Shown here piece after piece: positions 47,136-55,739 of a stretch of DNA of 61,900 nt; the first letter of the stretch is position 1, and the number at the start of each line of letters is the position of its first letter. Both the position numbers and the translations under genes were made by a program. The DNA comes from Candidatus Paceibacter sp. (GTDB lineage: Bacteria; Patescibacteriota; Patescibacteriia; S139-126): NCBI GenBank assembly GCA_020724865.1, contig DYGA01000003.1, positions 1 through 61,900 on the forward strand, given 5' to 3'. Under the pieces are notes generated by a model. The model saw nothing but the letters and a program-made list of their open reading frames with translations, did no database searches and had not been told where the DNA came from.

Positions 47136-47999
47136 ATGCTTGAAAATGGACAATTTAAAAATAAAGAAGCTTGGCAGGAAAATGCAAAATTGTGGCAAAC
47201 CTACGAACCGCCGTTACGACCATCGCCAGGTGATTTGTTGATTTATGATTTAGCCTTACAAACTTTTAAAGGGGAGCCTTTTAGTAAGAAGGCTTTATTA
47301 CTTGGGGATTGCCCGGAATTACGTGATTTACTTGCTGAACATCAGTATAATACAACAGTAGTGGCTAATAATCCCATAGCGATTATAGCTATGAACGAAC
47401 TGTTGACATTCACCGGAGAAAAAAAAGAAAAGGTGATAATAATGAATTGGCAGGATATTGATTTTGAACCAAATAGTTATGACTTGGTTTTAAGTGATTG
47501 GGGATTGAACAGTTTGACTGAATGGCTTGATTACACATTGGTATTATATAAAGTGGCACAAGTAATGAAAAATAACGCCAATTTTATTTGTAGAATCAAT
47601 ATTTACAAACCGGAAAGAAAAATTAGATCAGTAAAACAGATTATGTCTGATTTTGCTGCTTTGCCACAACATAAATTTAGTTTTTTATTGGAGTTAGAAA
47701 TGTATAGTACTATATCAACCTACAATGAAAAGACCTTTCAAATTGATTTGGGTAAATTTTATCGTGATGAAGTAACCGCTGCTTATCATAATGGGCAAAT
47801 GACTTTTGCTGAATGGCAAGAATTTTATTATCCGTTCTTTGATGTGGTAATGACATACCCCCGACAGGCTGATTGGGAAAATTTATTGCATAAGTTTTTT
47901 ACCATCACAGCAGTAAAATATGGCGGTGATTATTTAGCTTCAGATAATAATCCCATATATATTTGTCAAAAGAATATTAACCAAAAAATTTATGGATGA
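47136..47999 (+). CDS. Hypothetical protein (possibly a degenerate class I methyltransferase fold)
   Basis: The 287-aa ORF has normal composition. LLLGDCPELRDLL and DLVLSDWGLNSL loosely resemble SAM-MTase motifs I and post-II. Not assignable. Confidence 0.45.
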   Translation: MLENGQFKNKEAWQENAKLWQTYEPPLRPSPGDLLIYDLALQTFKGEPFSKKALLLGDCPELRDLLAEHQYNTTVVANNPIAIIAMNELLTFTGEKKEKVIIMNWQDIDFEPNSYDLVLSDWGLNSLTEWLDYTLVLYKVAQVMKNNANFICRINIYKPERKIRSVKQIMSDFAALPQHKFSFLLELEMYSTISTYNEKTFQIDLGKFYRDEVTAAYHNGQMTFAEWQEFYYPFFDVVMTYPRQADWENLLHKFFTITAVKYGGDYLASDNNPIYICQKNINQKIYG

Positions 48000-48276
48000 A
48001 TTAAAAAATAAAGCAAAAAAATTACAACTTGAAATTTTAGAAAAATTATCACAATTGGTTACTGCTGGACTAGGGTTGGTTGCGGCGCTTGCTTGGAATA
48101 CTTTTATCCAAGATTTATTTAAAAAAATATTTGGCACCCAATCAGATTTATGGGCTAAATTTGGTTACGCGGTGGTGGTCACAGTGATTGTGGTAGTTTT
48201 AACTCTACAAATTAGCCGGACTGTCAATCGATTGAAAGAAGAAATTAAAGTGGAAAATATTGAAGATAAAAAATAA
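47992..48276 (+). CDS. Small membrane protein, DUF5654-like
   Basis: AGLGLVAALAWNTFIQDLFKKIFG followed by one TM (FGYAVVVTVIVVVLTL). The pattern recalled for DUF5654. 8-nt overlap with the upstream gene. Confidence 0.55.
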   Translation: MDELKNKAKKLQLEILEKLSQLVTAGLGLVAALAWNTFIQDLFKKIFGTQSDLWAKFGYAVVVTVIVVVLTLQISRTVNRLKEEIKVENIEDKK

Positions 48277-48292
48277 TATTTTATATTAAACA

Positions 48293-50032
48293 ATGGCAGA
48301 AACTAATAATGAAAAGTTTTGGTTCATACAACCCGCAGCACCAGATTTTTTGGCCAATAAATTTCCCGAAATAAATCCGATAATTAGACAATTGTTATTC
48401 AATCGCAAACTGGATACTCAAGAAAAAATTGATGAATTTTTATATCCAGACTATTCTCAGGATTTATTTGATCCTTTTTTATTTAAAGAGATGGAAATAG
48501 CTTGTCAACGTATTTGGCGAGCAGTAAGAAATCAGGAAAAAGTTTTGATTTATGGAGATTATGATGCAGATGGTGTCTGTTCAACTACGCTATTGGTAGA
48601 ATGGTTTAAATTTGTTAAGTTGCCGGTTGAAGTTTACATTCCACATAGAGAAATTGAAGGTTACGGTTTAAATCAAGATGCGGTTAAAGAATTTATTGAA
48701 AAAAAAGTTGATCTGTTGATTACTGTTGACTGTGGAACTACTAATATCAGTGAAGTAGAAACCTTAGGAGCTGCTGGAATTGATGTCATAATTACTGATC
48801 ATCATCATGTTCCGACAGATAGAGTAAGACCGTTGGCTTTTTTAAATTGCTCAAATCCTGATGATAATTACCCTTTTCCTTATTTAGCTGGGGTAGGTAT
48901 GGCTTTTAAATTAGTGCAGGGTTTAATAATTTATGGACAGAGAAATAATTATTCTCCACAATTTCCCAGTGGATGGGAAAAATGGTTGCTCGACCTAGTT
49001 GCTATTGCAACAGTTACTGATGTAATGCCTTTACAGGGCGAAAATCATACTTTGGTAAAATACGGTTTGTTGGTTTTGAATAAAACTAGAAGAGTGGGAC
49101 TTAAAGAATTATTTAATATAGCTGGGATTAAAAATATTATAGATACTTGGCAGATTGGTTTTATTATTGGTCCAAGATTAAATGCCGCTGGTCGTATTGA
49201 TCATGCTAATCAGGCCTATGCTTTATTGAACGAAACAAATTCAGACCAGGCAAAAAATTTAGCGATTGAACTTCAGGCGACCAATGCCAAACGTCAAGCT
49301 TTAACCGAACAGTTTGTCAAGGAAGCAAAACAACAAATTGAACCACAATTTTATCAAGGTGACTGTATTTTAACCGCTTATTCGCCTAATTGGGATTTAG
49401 GTTTGGTTGGTTTGGTGGCGGGTAGAATAACTGAATTATATCGACGTCCGACTTTGATCATGACTTTAAATCAAGGGAAAATTATGGGATCAGGTAGATC
49501 ATTGGCCGATTTTAGTATAATTGCTGCGCTGGAAAAGCAGAAAAAATATTTAGCCAGATTTGGTGGTCATGAGGGTGCTTGTGGTTTTACCCTGCAAAAT
49601 AATAATGATTTAGAAAACTTTGTGTCTAGTATAAAAGAGGCAAATAAAGATATTGATATTGATCAATTTAAGCCATATTTAAACATAGATGCTGTGGTTA
49701 AGTTGTCAGATATTGACTGGTCTTTAGTTGATGATTTGCAGAAATTTGAACCATTTGGCGAAGATAATCCTGTACCTCGTTTTGTAACTTATCAGGTACA
49801 AGTTTTGGGTATTGAGTTTGTCGGCGAAGAGCAAAAACATTTGCGACTTTTGGTAGGTGATGAGATGGGATTGGTTCGCAAGACAATTGGTTTTGGTTTA
49901 GGAAAAAATTGGGGAAATTTAAAAATGGGTGATAAAATCGATATTGTTTACGAAGCTGGTGTAAATCAGTGGAACGGCAATAAAGAGTTACAGTTGAAAA
50001 TAATTGATTTAAAAATAAATGAAACAAAATAA
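48293..50032 (+). CDS. recJ: Single-stranded-DNA-specific exonuclease RecJ
   Basis: DHH motifs IYGDYDADGVCS, ITVDCG and ITDHHH, and DHHA1 FGGHEGACG. Confidence 0.9.
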   Translation: MAETNNEKFWFIQPAAPDFLANKFPEINPIIRQLLFNRKLDTQEKIDEFLYPDYSQDLFDPFLFKEMEIACQRIWRAVRNQEKVLIYGDYDADGVCSTTLLVEWFKFVKLPVEVYIPHREIEGYGLNQDAVKEFIEKKVDLLITVDCGTTNISEVETLGAAGIDVIITDHHHVPTDRVRPLAFLNCSNPDDNYPFPYLAGVGMAFKLVQGLIIYGQRNNYSPQFPSGWEKWLLDLVAIATVTDVMPLQGENHTLVKYGLLVLNKTRRVGLKELFNIAGIKNIIDTWQIGFIIGPRLNAAGRIDHANQAYALLNETNSDQAKNLAIELQATNAKRQALTEQFVKEAKQQIEPQFYQGDCILTAYSPNWDLGLVGLVAGRITELYRRPTLIMTLNQGKIMGSGRSLADFSIIAALEKQKKYLARFGGHEGACGFTLQNNNDLENFVSSIKEANKDIDIDQFKPYLNIDAVVKLSDIDWSLVDDLQKFEPFGEDNPVPRFVTYQVQVLGIEFVGEEQKHLRLLVGDEMGLVRKTIGFGLGKNWGNLKMGDKIDIVYEAGVNQWNGNKELQLKIIDLKINETK

Positions 50033-50450
50033 GAAAGGAATAATTTTTACAGATGGTGGAGCGCGGGGCAATCCGGGACCTGCCGGAATTGGTTATGTTA
50101 TTTATGATGAAAAAAATAATATCATATCCAGTATTGGTTTGTATATTGGTGAAACAACTAACAATCAAGCCGAGTATCAAGCGGTTTGGCAGGCTTTAAA
50201 CAAAGCTAAAGATTTAGGTTTTCATGAATTGAATTTATATTTAGATAGCGAATTAGTAGTTAATCAGTTGAATCAAAAATTTAAAATAAAAAATTCTGAA
50301 CTGGCTAAAATGTTTGTTAAAATTTGGAATATAAGTCAAGAATTTAAAAATATAAAATATAATTATATACCCAGAGAAAAAAATAAATTGGCAGATAAGT
50401 TGGTAAATCAAGCAATAGATCAAGCTTTAAAACAAAAACCCCGCCTGTAA
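50019..50450 (+). CDS. rnhA: Ribonuclease HI
   Basis: IFTDGGARGNPGPAGIGYVI, NNQAEYQAV, DSELVVNQL and NKLADKLVNQA give the DEDD catalytic pattern of RNase H type 1. Confidence 0.85.
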   Translation: MKQNKKGIIFTDGGARGNPGPAGIGYVIYDEKNNIISSIGLYIGETTNNQAEYQAVWQALNKAKDLGFHELNLYLDSELVVNQLNQKFKIKNSELAKMFVKIWNISQEFKNIKYNYIPREKNKLADKLVNQAIDQALKQKPRL

Positions 50451-50472
50451 AGGCAGGGCTTTTGATAAAATT

Positions 50473-50851
50473 GCTAAATAAATCTATAAGCCGAATTCTG
50501 TTTTCCGCCGTTAGGCGGAACGATAGTCATCTATCTGGTTTTAGTGTTACCACTAAAATCTAGCTACCAACCCGTCTGCTTTTAGAGCAGAACCTATTTG
50601 GTATTGCACCGGTTAGAGTTTGCCTCTTTTCCCATATCACTATGGGAACGCGTAAATTAGTTAATTTACGATTTCACCCTTATTCCGCAAAAGCGGAAAG
50701 GAATACTTTCTGTTGCACTTGTCCTGACTTTATTGTCACCAATAAAGTCGGTCGGCGTTACCGATTAACCACCCGAAAAAGTCGGGCCGCTGTGGTGTTC
50801 GGACTTTCCTCCCAGCTAATATAAGCTGAGCGACTATCTAATTTATTTAGC
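50473..50851 (-). ncRNA. rnpB: RNase P RNA, bacterial type A
   Basis: The reverse complement contains GGGAGGAAAGTCCGAACACCACAG, GGTAACGCC, AGTGCAACAGAAAG, AAGGGTGAAA and ACAGAATTCGGCTTATAG in canonical order. P1 pairs GCTAAATAAATT (5') with AGATTTATTTAGC (3'). A promoter places +1 at 50851. Confidence 0.9.
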
Positions 50852-50858
50852 GTATACA

Positions 50859-50887
50859 AATATATATATAAATTAAGCAGATGTCAA
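50859..50887 (-). promoter_or_regulatory. Sigma70-type promoter of rnpB
   Basis: On the minus strand: TTGACA (50887-50882), a 17-nt spacer, TATATT (50864-50859), then 7 nt to the G that starts the P1 helix. Confidence 0.65.
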
Positions 50888-50950
50888 GATTTAACTTGAA
50901 AATAATGCTAAAATTAGATAAGATTTATTTATATAATATTTAAATAATCA

Positions 50951-52357
50951 ATGAAAAAATTAGAACTTACATTCGCGGTTATTTCTGTACCGGTAGATTA
51001 TATTATGTTAGTTTGTGCTGGGATTAGCGCTTATTGGTTACGTTATGCCGATTGGGTGCAAGCTATAAGACCAATTATTTTTGATTTAGACTATTATCAA
51101 TATTTGCGAGTTGTTTTTTTTATAGGTTTAATTTGGTTATTGGTTTTTGCGCTTCAAGGACTTTATACTATAAATATACATAAACGCTTAATTGATGAGT
51201 TAACAAAAATTATTTTTGCCTGTTCAACCGGATTGATGATAATAATTGTTTATATTTTTTGGCAGCGTGAATTTTTTGATTCTCGTTTTATAATTTTAGC
51301 CGGCTGGTTGTTGGCAATATTTTATGTCAGTCTGGCAAGGATTATTTTGAGATTTATACGCCGACGTTTATTAATTCACAATCGCGGAGTGACTAATATT
51401 GTTTTAATAGGTAATGATAGTTCCAGTGATAATTTGGCGGCTACTTTGTATCGACAACCGGAATTAGGTTACCGTATATTAGAAAGATTAAATGATTTTT
51501 CTCCCGAACGATTATTACAAATTTTAGCTGAAAAAAATATCGATGAGGTAATTTTATCTGATAGTAATTTATCCAAAGAAATTAGGTCTGATATATTAAA
51601 CTTTTGTCATAGTCATCATCTTGGTTTTCAATATGTTGCAGATATATTTGATGCTCAGTCACATAACGTTGAAGTTCATTCTATCGCCGGCATGCCTTTG
51701 ATTGAAATTAAAAAAACTTCGTTGGATGGTTGGGGTAGAATTTATAAAAGATTGTTTGATATTATTTTTAGTTTAGTTTTTATAATTTTAATTTTTCCCC
51801 TCGGTTTGATTTTGTCTTTATTGATTGTATTAGATTCTTATGGTCCAGCGATAGTTAAATTACGTCGTGTCGGTAAAGAGGGTAAAGTATTTATGATGTA
51901 TAAGTTTCGTTCGATGATAAAAGATGCCCATTTACTTAAATATGATAAAGATGGCAATTTAAAGCCTGATTTAGCCAAACAAAATTTGCGTTCTGACGGA
52001 CCGTTATTTAAAAATGAAAATGACAGCCGTATTACTAGATTTGGTAAATTTTTACGTCGTTCTAGTTTGGACGAATTACCGCAGCTAATCAATGTTCTTC
52101 GCGGCGAAATGAGTTTAGTTGGCCCTAGACCACATGAACCAGAAGAGGTTAATAAGTATCAACAACACCAAAAAAAATTACTTTCGATAAAACCAGGTAT
52201 GACCGGCTTAGCTCAGATATCTGGCCGATCAAATTTATCATTTTCTGAAGAAGTAAAATTGGATTTATATTATATTGAAAATTGGTCGTTAAAAAATGAT
52301 TTACAAATAATTTTTAAAACCTTTTGGGTGGTAATTAAAAAACAAGGAGTTGCTTAA
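50951..52357 (+). CDS. Polyprenyl-phosphate glycosyl-1-phosphate transferase (bacterial sugar transferase), second paralog
   Basis: KRLFDIIFSLVFIILIFP...MYKFRSM...DELPQLINVLRGEMSLVGPRPHEPEE is the PF02397 signature. The N-terminus has 4-5 TM segments. Confidence 0.85.
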   Translation: MKKLELTFAVISVPVDYIMLVCAGISAYWLRYADWVQAIRPIIFDLDYYQYLRVVFFIGLIWLLVFALQGLYTINIHKRLIDELTKIIFACSTGLMIIIVYIFWQREFFDSRFIILAGWLLAIFYVSLARIILRFIRRRLLIHNRGVTNIVLIGNDSSSDNLAATLYRQPELGYRILERLNDFSPERLLQILAEKNIDEVILSDSNLSKEIRSDILNFCHSHHLGFQYVADIFDAQSHNVEVHSIAGMPLIEIKKTSLDGWGRIYKRLFDIIFSLVFIILIFPLGLILSLLIVLDSYGPAIVKLRRVGKEGKVFMMYKFRSMIKDAHLLKYDKDGNLKPDLAKQNLRSDGPLFKNENDSRITRFGKFLRRSSLDELPQLINVLRGEMSLVGPRPHEPEEVNKYQQHQKKLLSIKPGMTGLAQISGRSNLSFSEEVKLDLYYIENWSLKNDLQIIFKTFWVVIKKQGVA

Positions 52358-52359
52358 AC

Positions 52360-53484
52360 ATGAAAATTGCTTTAATTCATGATCATTTAAATCAATTTGG
52401 CGGGGCAGAGCGCGTTTTACTTAATATGCGTGCAATTTGGCCACAAAGTCCAATATACACTTTGATTTATGATGAGAAAAAAATGGGCAAATGGTTTAAA
52501 GATAGCCAGATTATTGAATCTTTTATAAAAAAATTACCGGCCAGCCGCAAACATTTTAAGTGGTATTTACCTTTAATGCCAGCAGCCTTTGAACAATTTA
52601 ATTTATCACAATACGATGTTGTATTATCATCGGTCTCGGGACTGGCTAAAAGTGTTATTGTTAACCCCGAAGCTTTACATATTTGTTATTGTCATACTCC
52701 TACTAGATATTTATGGTCTGATACACACAGTTATACTGAAGAGTTACATCAGCCTTGGTTAGTAAAAAAATTATTACCTCCTTTGCTTACTTATTTACGC
52801 ATGTGTGATTACAATGCTGCTCAGCGGGTTGATATTTTTTTAGCTAATTCGCAGTTTGTTGCTCGCAGAATAAAAAAATATTATCGACGGGAAGCGCAAG
52901 TGTTATATCCGCCGGTAGAAACATCACAATTTAGTATAAGTAAAGAAATTGATAAATATTTTTTAATCGTTTCTCGTTTGCGGCCTTATAAACGAGTTGA
53001 TATTGCTGTTCGTGCTTTCAATAAATTAGGATTACCTTTAAAAATAATCGGAGTCGGAGAGGAAGCTGAACGCTTACGCAAGCTGGCTAAACCTAATATA
53101 GAATTTTTGGGAGCGGTGTCAGACGAATTAAGAAATAAGTATTATGCAAGAGCCAGAGCTTTTATAAATCCACAAGAAGAAGATTTTGGTATTACTGCTG
53201 TAGAAGCTATGGCAGCTGGTCGTCCCGTAATTGCTTATCGTTCGGGAGGAGCCGTAGAAAGTATAGTGGATGAAATAACCGGAACTTTTTTTGAGGAACA
53301 AAGTTGGGAAGCATTGGCCGATGCAGTAATTCGTTTTGATGAAAAACAATTTGATCCTCAAGTTATTAGAGCTCACGCCCAAAAATTTGATTCCCAACAG
53401 TTTCGGATTTCTTTGCAAAATATTGTAGAAAAAGAATGGGAAAAATTTTATAATTATTCCCGTGGTTATGAAAATCGGAATTGA
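52360..53484 (+). CDS. Glycosyltransferase family 4
   Basis: MKIALIHDHLNQFGGAERV at the N-terminus and C-terminal EEDFGITAVEAMAAGRPVIAYRSGG (EX7E). Confidence 0.85.
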   Translation: MKIALIHDHLNQFGGAERVLLNMRAIWPQSPIYTLIYDEKKMGKWFKDSQIIESFIKKLPASRKHFKWYLPLMPAAFEQFNLSQYDVVLSSVSGLAKSVIVNPEALHICYCHTPTRYLWSDTHSYTEELHQPWLVKKLLPPLLTYLRMCDYNAAQRVDIFLANSQFVARRIKKYYRREAQVLYPPVETSQFSISKEIDKYFLIVSRLRPYKRVDIAVRAFNKLGLPLKIIGVGEEAERLRKLAKPNIEFLGAVSDELRNKYYARARAFINPQEEDFGITAVEAMAAGRPVIAYRSGGAVESIVDEITGTFFEEQSWEALADAVIRFDEKQFDPQVIRAHAQKFDSQQFRISLQNIVEKEWEKFYNYSRGYENRN

Positions 53485-54592
53485 TGCCAGATGTTTTTTA
53501 GAAAAAAATTATTCTGGGGTAAGTTTTTATACCAGTAATTTATTAAGCTCGTGGGCAGAAATATCTCCTCACGATAAATTTATTTTACATGTCAATAGTT
53601 TTTTTAAGCCCCAACATTGGCCAAATTTAAAATCGCCCAACATATTTAAGTTGATTACCAATTATCCAAGTAAATTAATCAGTCTGAGCACTTTTTTGTT
53701 TAATCGTCCTTATTTTGATAAGTGGCTTGATTCACCTGATGCCTATTGGGTTCCAGGTAACAATTTTATCAGTTTATCTAATCAAGTTAAAAAAGTTTAT
53801 ACCTGTCATGATCTGTCTTGGTTGGTATTTCCTGAATTTTATTCTTTGAAAGGAAAGATTTGGCATCAAGCATTGCAATTAACAAAAAAATTTTTACAGG
53901 CCGATAAAATAATAGCCGTCAGTGAATATACCAAAAGTGATTTATTACGTTTTTATCCGCAAATAGATGAAAAAAAAATCGTTGTTATTCATTCTGGAGT
54001 AAATTTAAAAAAATTAACTGAAGAACAGATTGATTATTATGCTAAAAATTTATCTTTGCCCGAAGATTATATTTTATATTTGGGTAATATTGAACCAAGA
54101 AAGAATGTTTTAAATTTAATATTGGCTTTTAATAAAATTTATAAAGATTTTCCTGGATTAAATTTAATTATTGCTGGCGGGAGCGGTTGGCACTATGGTT
54201 ATAGCCGTTTAGTATTAAATGTTAGTAAAAAAAATCCTCAAATCAGATATTTGGGTTATGTCAATGAAGAACAAAAGTCAGTTTTATATAAAAAAGCAAA
54301 AATTTTTGTTTTTCCATCATATTACGAAGGTTTTGGTTTTCCTCCTCTGGAGGCCATGCAGTATGCCTGTCCGGTTATTACCAGTCAGACAACTTCATTG
54401 CCAGAAATTGTTGGTCGGGCGGCGGTTTTAATAAATCCTTTTGATATTAATGATATTGCCAGCGCTATAGCTGAGGTATTGAAAAATACAAGTTGGCAAA
54501 CCGAATTGATAAAACGTGGTCAAAAGCAAGTACAAAATTTTACTTGGCAAAAAACTGCTTTACAAATGAAAGAATTATTTTCACAATTATGA
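53468..54592 (+). CDS. Glycosyltransferase family 4
   Basis: MKIGIDARCF start (the track ORF begins at GTG 53462) and C-terminal YEGFGFPPLEAMQYACPVITSQTTSLPE. Confidence 0.85.
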   Translation: MKIGIDARCFLEKNYSGVSFYTSNLLSSWAEISPHDKFILHVNSFFKPQHWPNLKSPNIFKLITNYPSKLISLSTFLFNRPYFDKWLDSPDAYWVPGNNFISLSNQVKKVYTCHDLSWLVFPEFYSLKGKIWHQALQLTKKFLQADKIIAVSEYTKSDLLRFYPQIDEKKIVVIHSGVNLKKLTEEQIDYYAKNLSLPEDYILYLGNIEPRKNVLNLILAFNKIYKDFPGLNLIIAGGSGWHYGYSRLVLNVSKKNPQIRYLGYVNEEQKSVLYKKAKIFVFPSYYEGFGFPPLEAMQYACPVITSQTTSLPEIVGRAAVLINPFDINDIASAIAEVLKNTSWQTELIKRGQKQVQNFTWQKTALQMKELFSQL

Positions 54593-55698
54593 AAATCGGC
54601 ATTGACGCTCGTCTTTATGGGGCACAAAAAAATCGAGGTATTGGTCGTTATATTGAAAAATTATTATATCATTTACAAAATATTGATACCACTAATCAAT
54701 ATTATATTTTTTTATTGCCAGAAAATTATGAATTATTTTCCATTACAGCAAAAAATTTTCATAAAATAAAAGTAAATATTCCGTGGTATTCTTGGCGGGA
54801 ACAATTATTGTGGCCTTTTATTTTGTATTTTTATAATTTTGATTTGGTGCATTTTACTCATTTTAATGTGCCGATTATTTATGGTAGAAAATATATTATC
54901 ACTTTACATGATTTAATAATGACACATTATACTGATGATCGCAGTACTACCAAAAATAAATATATTTATAAAATAAAGATATGTCTGGCTAGATTTATGG
55001 TGAATTTTACGGCTCGCAAGGCAAAAGGTATAATTTGTCCGTCACAATACACCCGCTCAGATGTGGTTAAACATTTAAAGATTAAAAAAGAAAATTGTTA
55101 CGTTATTTATGAAGCTGTTGAATCACAGCCCGCGCAAATATTAACTGATGATTTTGATAAACGTTTAATTCCTGGTAAATTTTTTTTGTATGTAGGAGCG
55201 GCTTATCCTCATAAAAATTTAGAACGAATGATAAATGGTTTTTTAAAATTTAACAAATCAGATCATTATTATTTGGTTTTGGTTGGCCGTCAGGATTATT
55301 TTTATTCTCGCTTACGAGAAAAGTATAAAAATAAAAACAAAATAATTTTTATCGGTCCGGTCAGTGATAGGGAATTAGCCTACTTGTATAGTCAGGCGAT
55401 TGCTTTTATTTTTCCTTCGTTGATTGAAGGTTTTGGCTTACCACCTTTAGAGGCAATGCAATATAATTGCCCAGTAATTAGTAGTAACAGTAGTTGTTTA
55501 CCAGAGGTATTAGGTGAAGCAGCTCTGTTTTTTAATCCCAGTCAAGAGGAAGAAATTAGTGCTTGTTTAAACAAAATTATTACTGATAAAGTCCTTGGAG
55601 AAAATCTTAGATCAAAAGGCAAAATGCTTTTACAAAAATATTCTTGGATTAAAATGGCCACAGAAACCGCTCAGTTATATAAACGATTTGGTAAATAA
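54589..55698 (+). CDS. Glycosyltransferase family 4 (tandem paralog of the preceding gene)
   Basis: MKIGIDARLYG start in an ATGA overlap with the upstream stop (the track ORF extends to 54493). C-terminal IEGFGLPPLEAMQYNCPVISSNSSCLPE. Confidence 0.85.
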   Translation: MKIGIDARLYGAQKNRGIGRYIEKLLYHLQNIDTTNQYYIFLLPENYELFSITAKNFHKIKVNIPWYSWREQLLWPFILYFYNFDLVHFTHFNVPIIYGRKYIITLHDLIMTHYTDDRSTTKNKYIYKIKICLARFMVNFTARKAKGIICPSQYTRSDVVKHLKIKKENCYVIYEAVESQPAQILTDDFDKRLIPGKFFLYVGAAYPHKNLERMINGFLKFNKSDHYYLVLVGRQDYFYSRLREKYKNKNKIIFIGPVSDRELAYLYSQAIAFIFPSLIEGFGLPPLEAMQYNCPVISSNSSCLPEVLGEAALFFNPSQEEEISACLNKIITDKVLGENLRSKGKMLLQKYSWIKMATETAQLYKRFGK

Positions 55699-55739
55699 CA
55701 AATTTTGTTGTATAATTTTTATGTCTAAATATTTTTCCA

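Noticed and set aside
50430-50462. Hairpin at the rnhA stop (CCCGCCTG-TAAA-GGCAGGGC + CTTTTG) as a terminator
   Set aside because: The pairing needs mismatches or bulges and the T-run is short. It is possibly functional between the convergent rnhA and rnpB, but too weak to call.
50642-50824. 60-aa plus-strand ORF from the track
   Set aside because: It lies entirely within, and antisense to, the RNase P RNA gene (50473-50851, minus strand). Its Cys/Arg-rich product is a translation of structured-RNA sequence.
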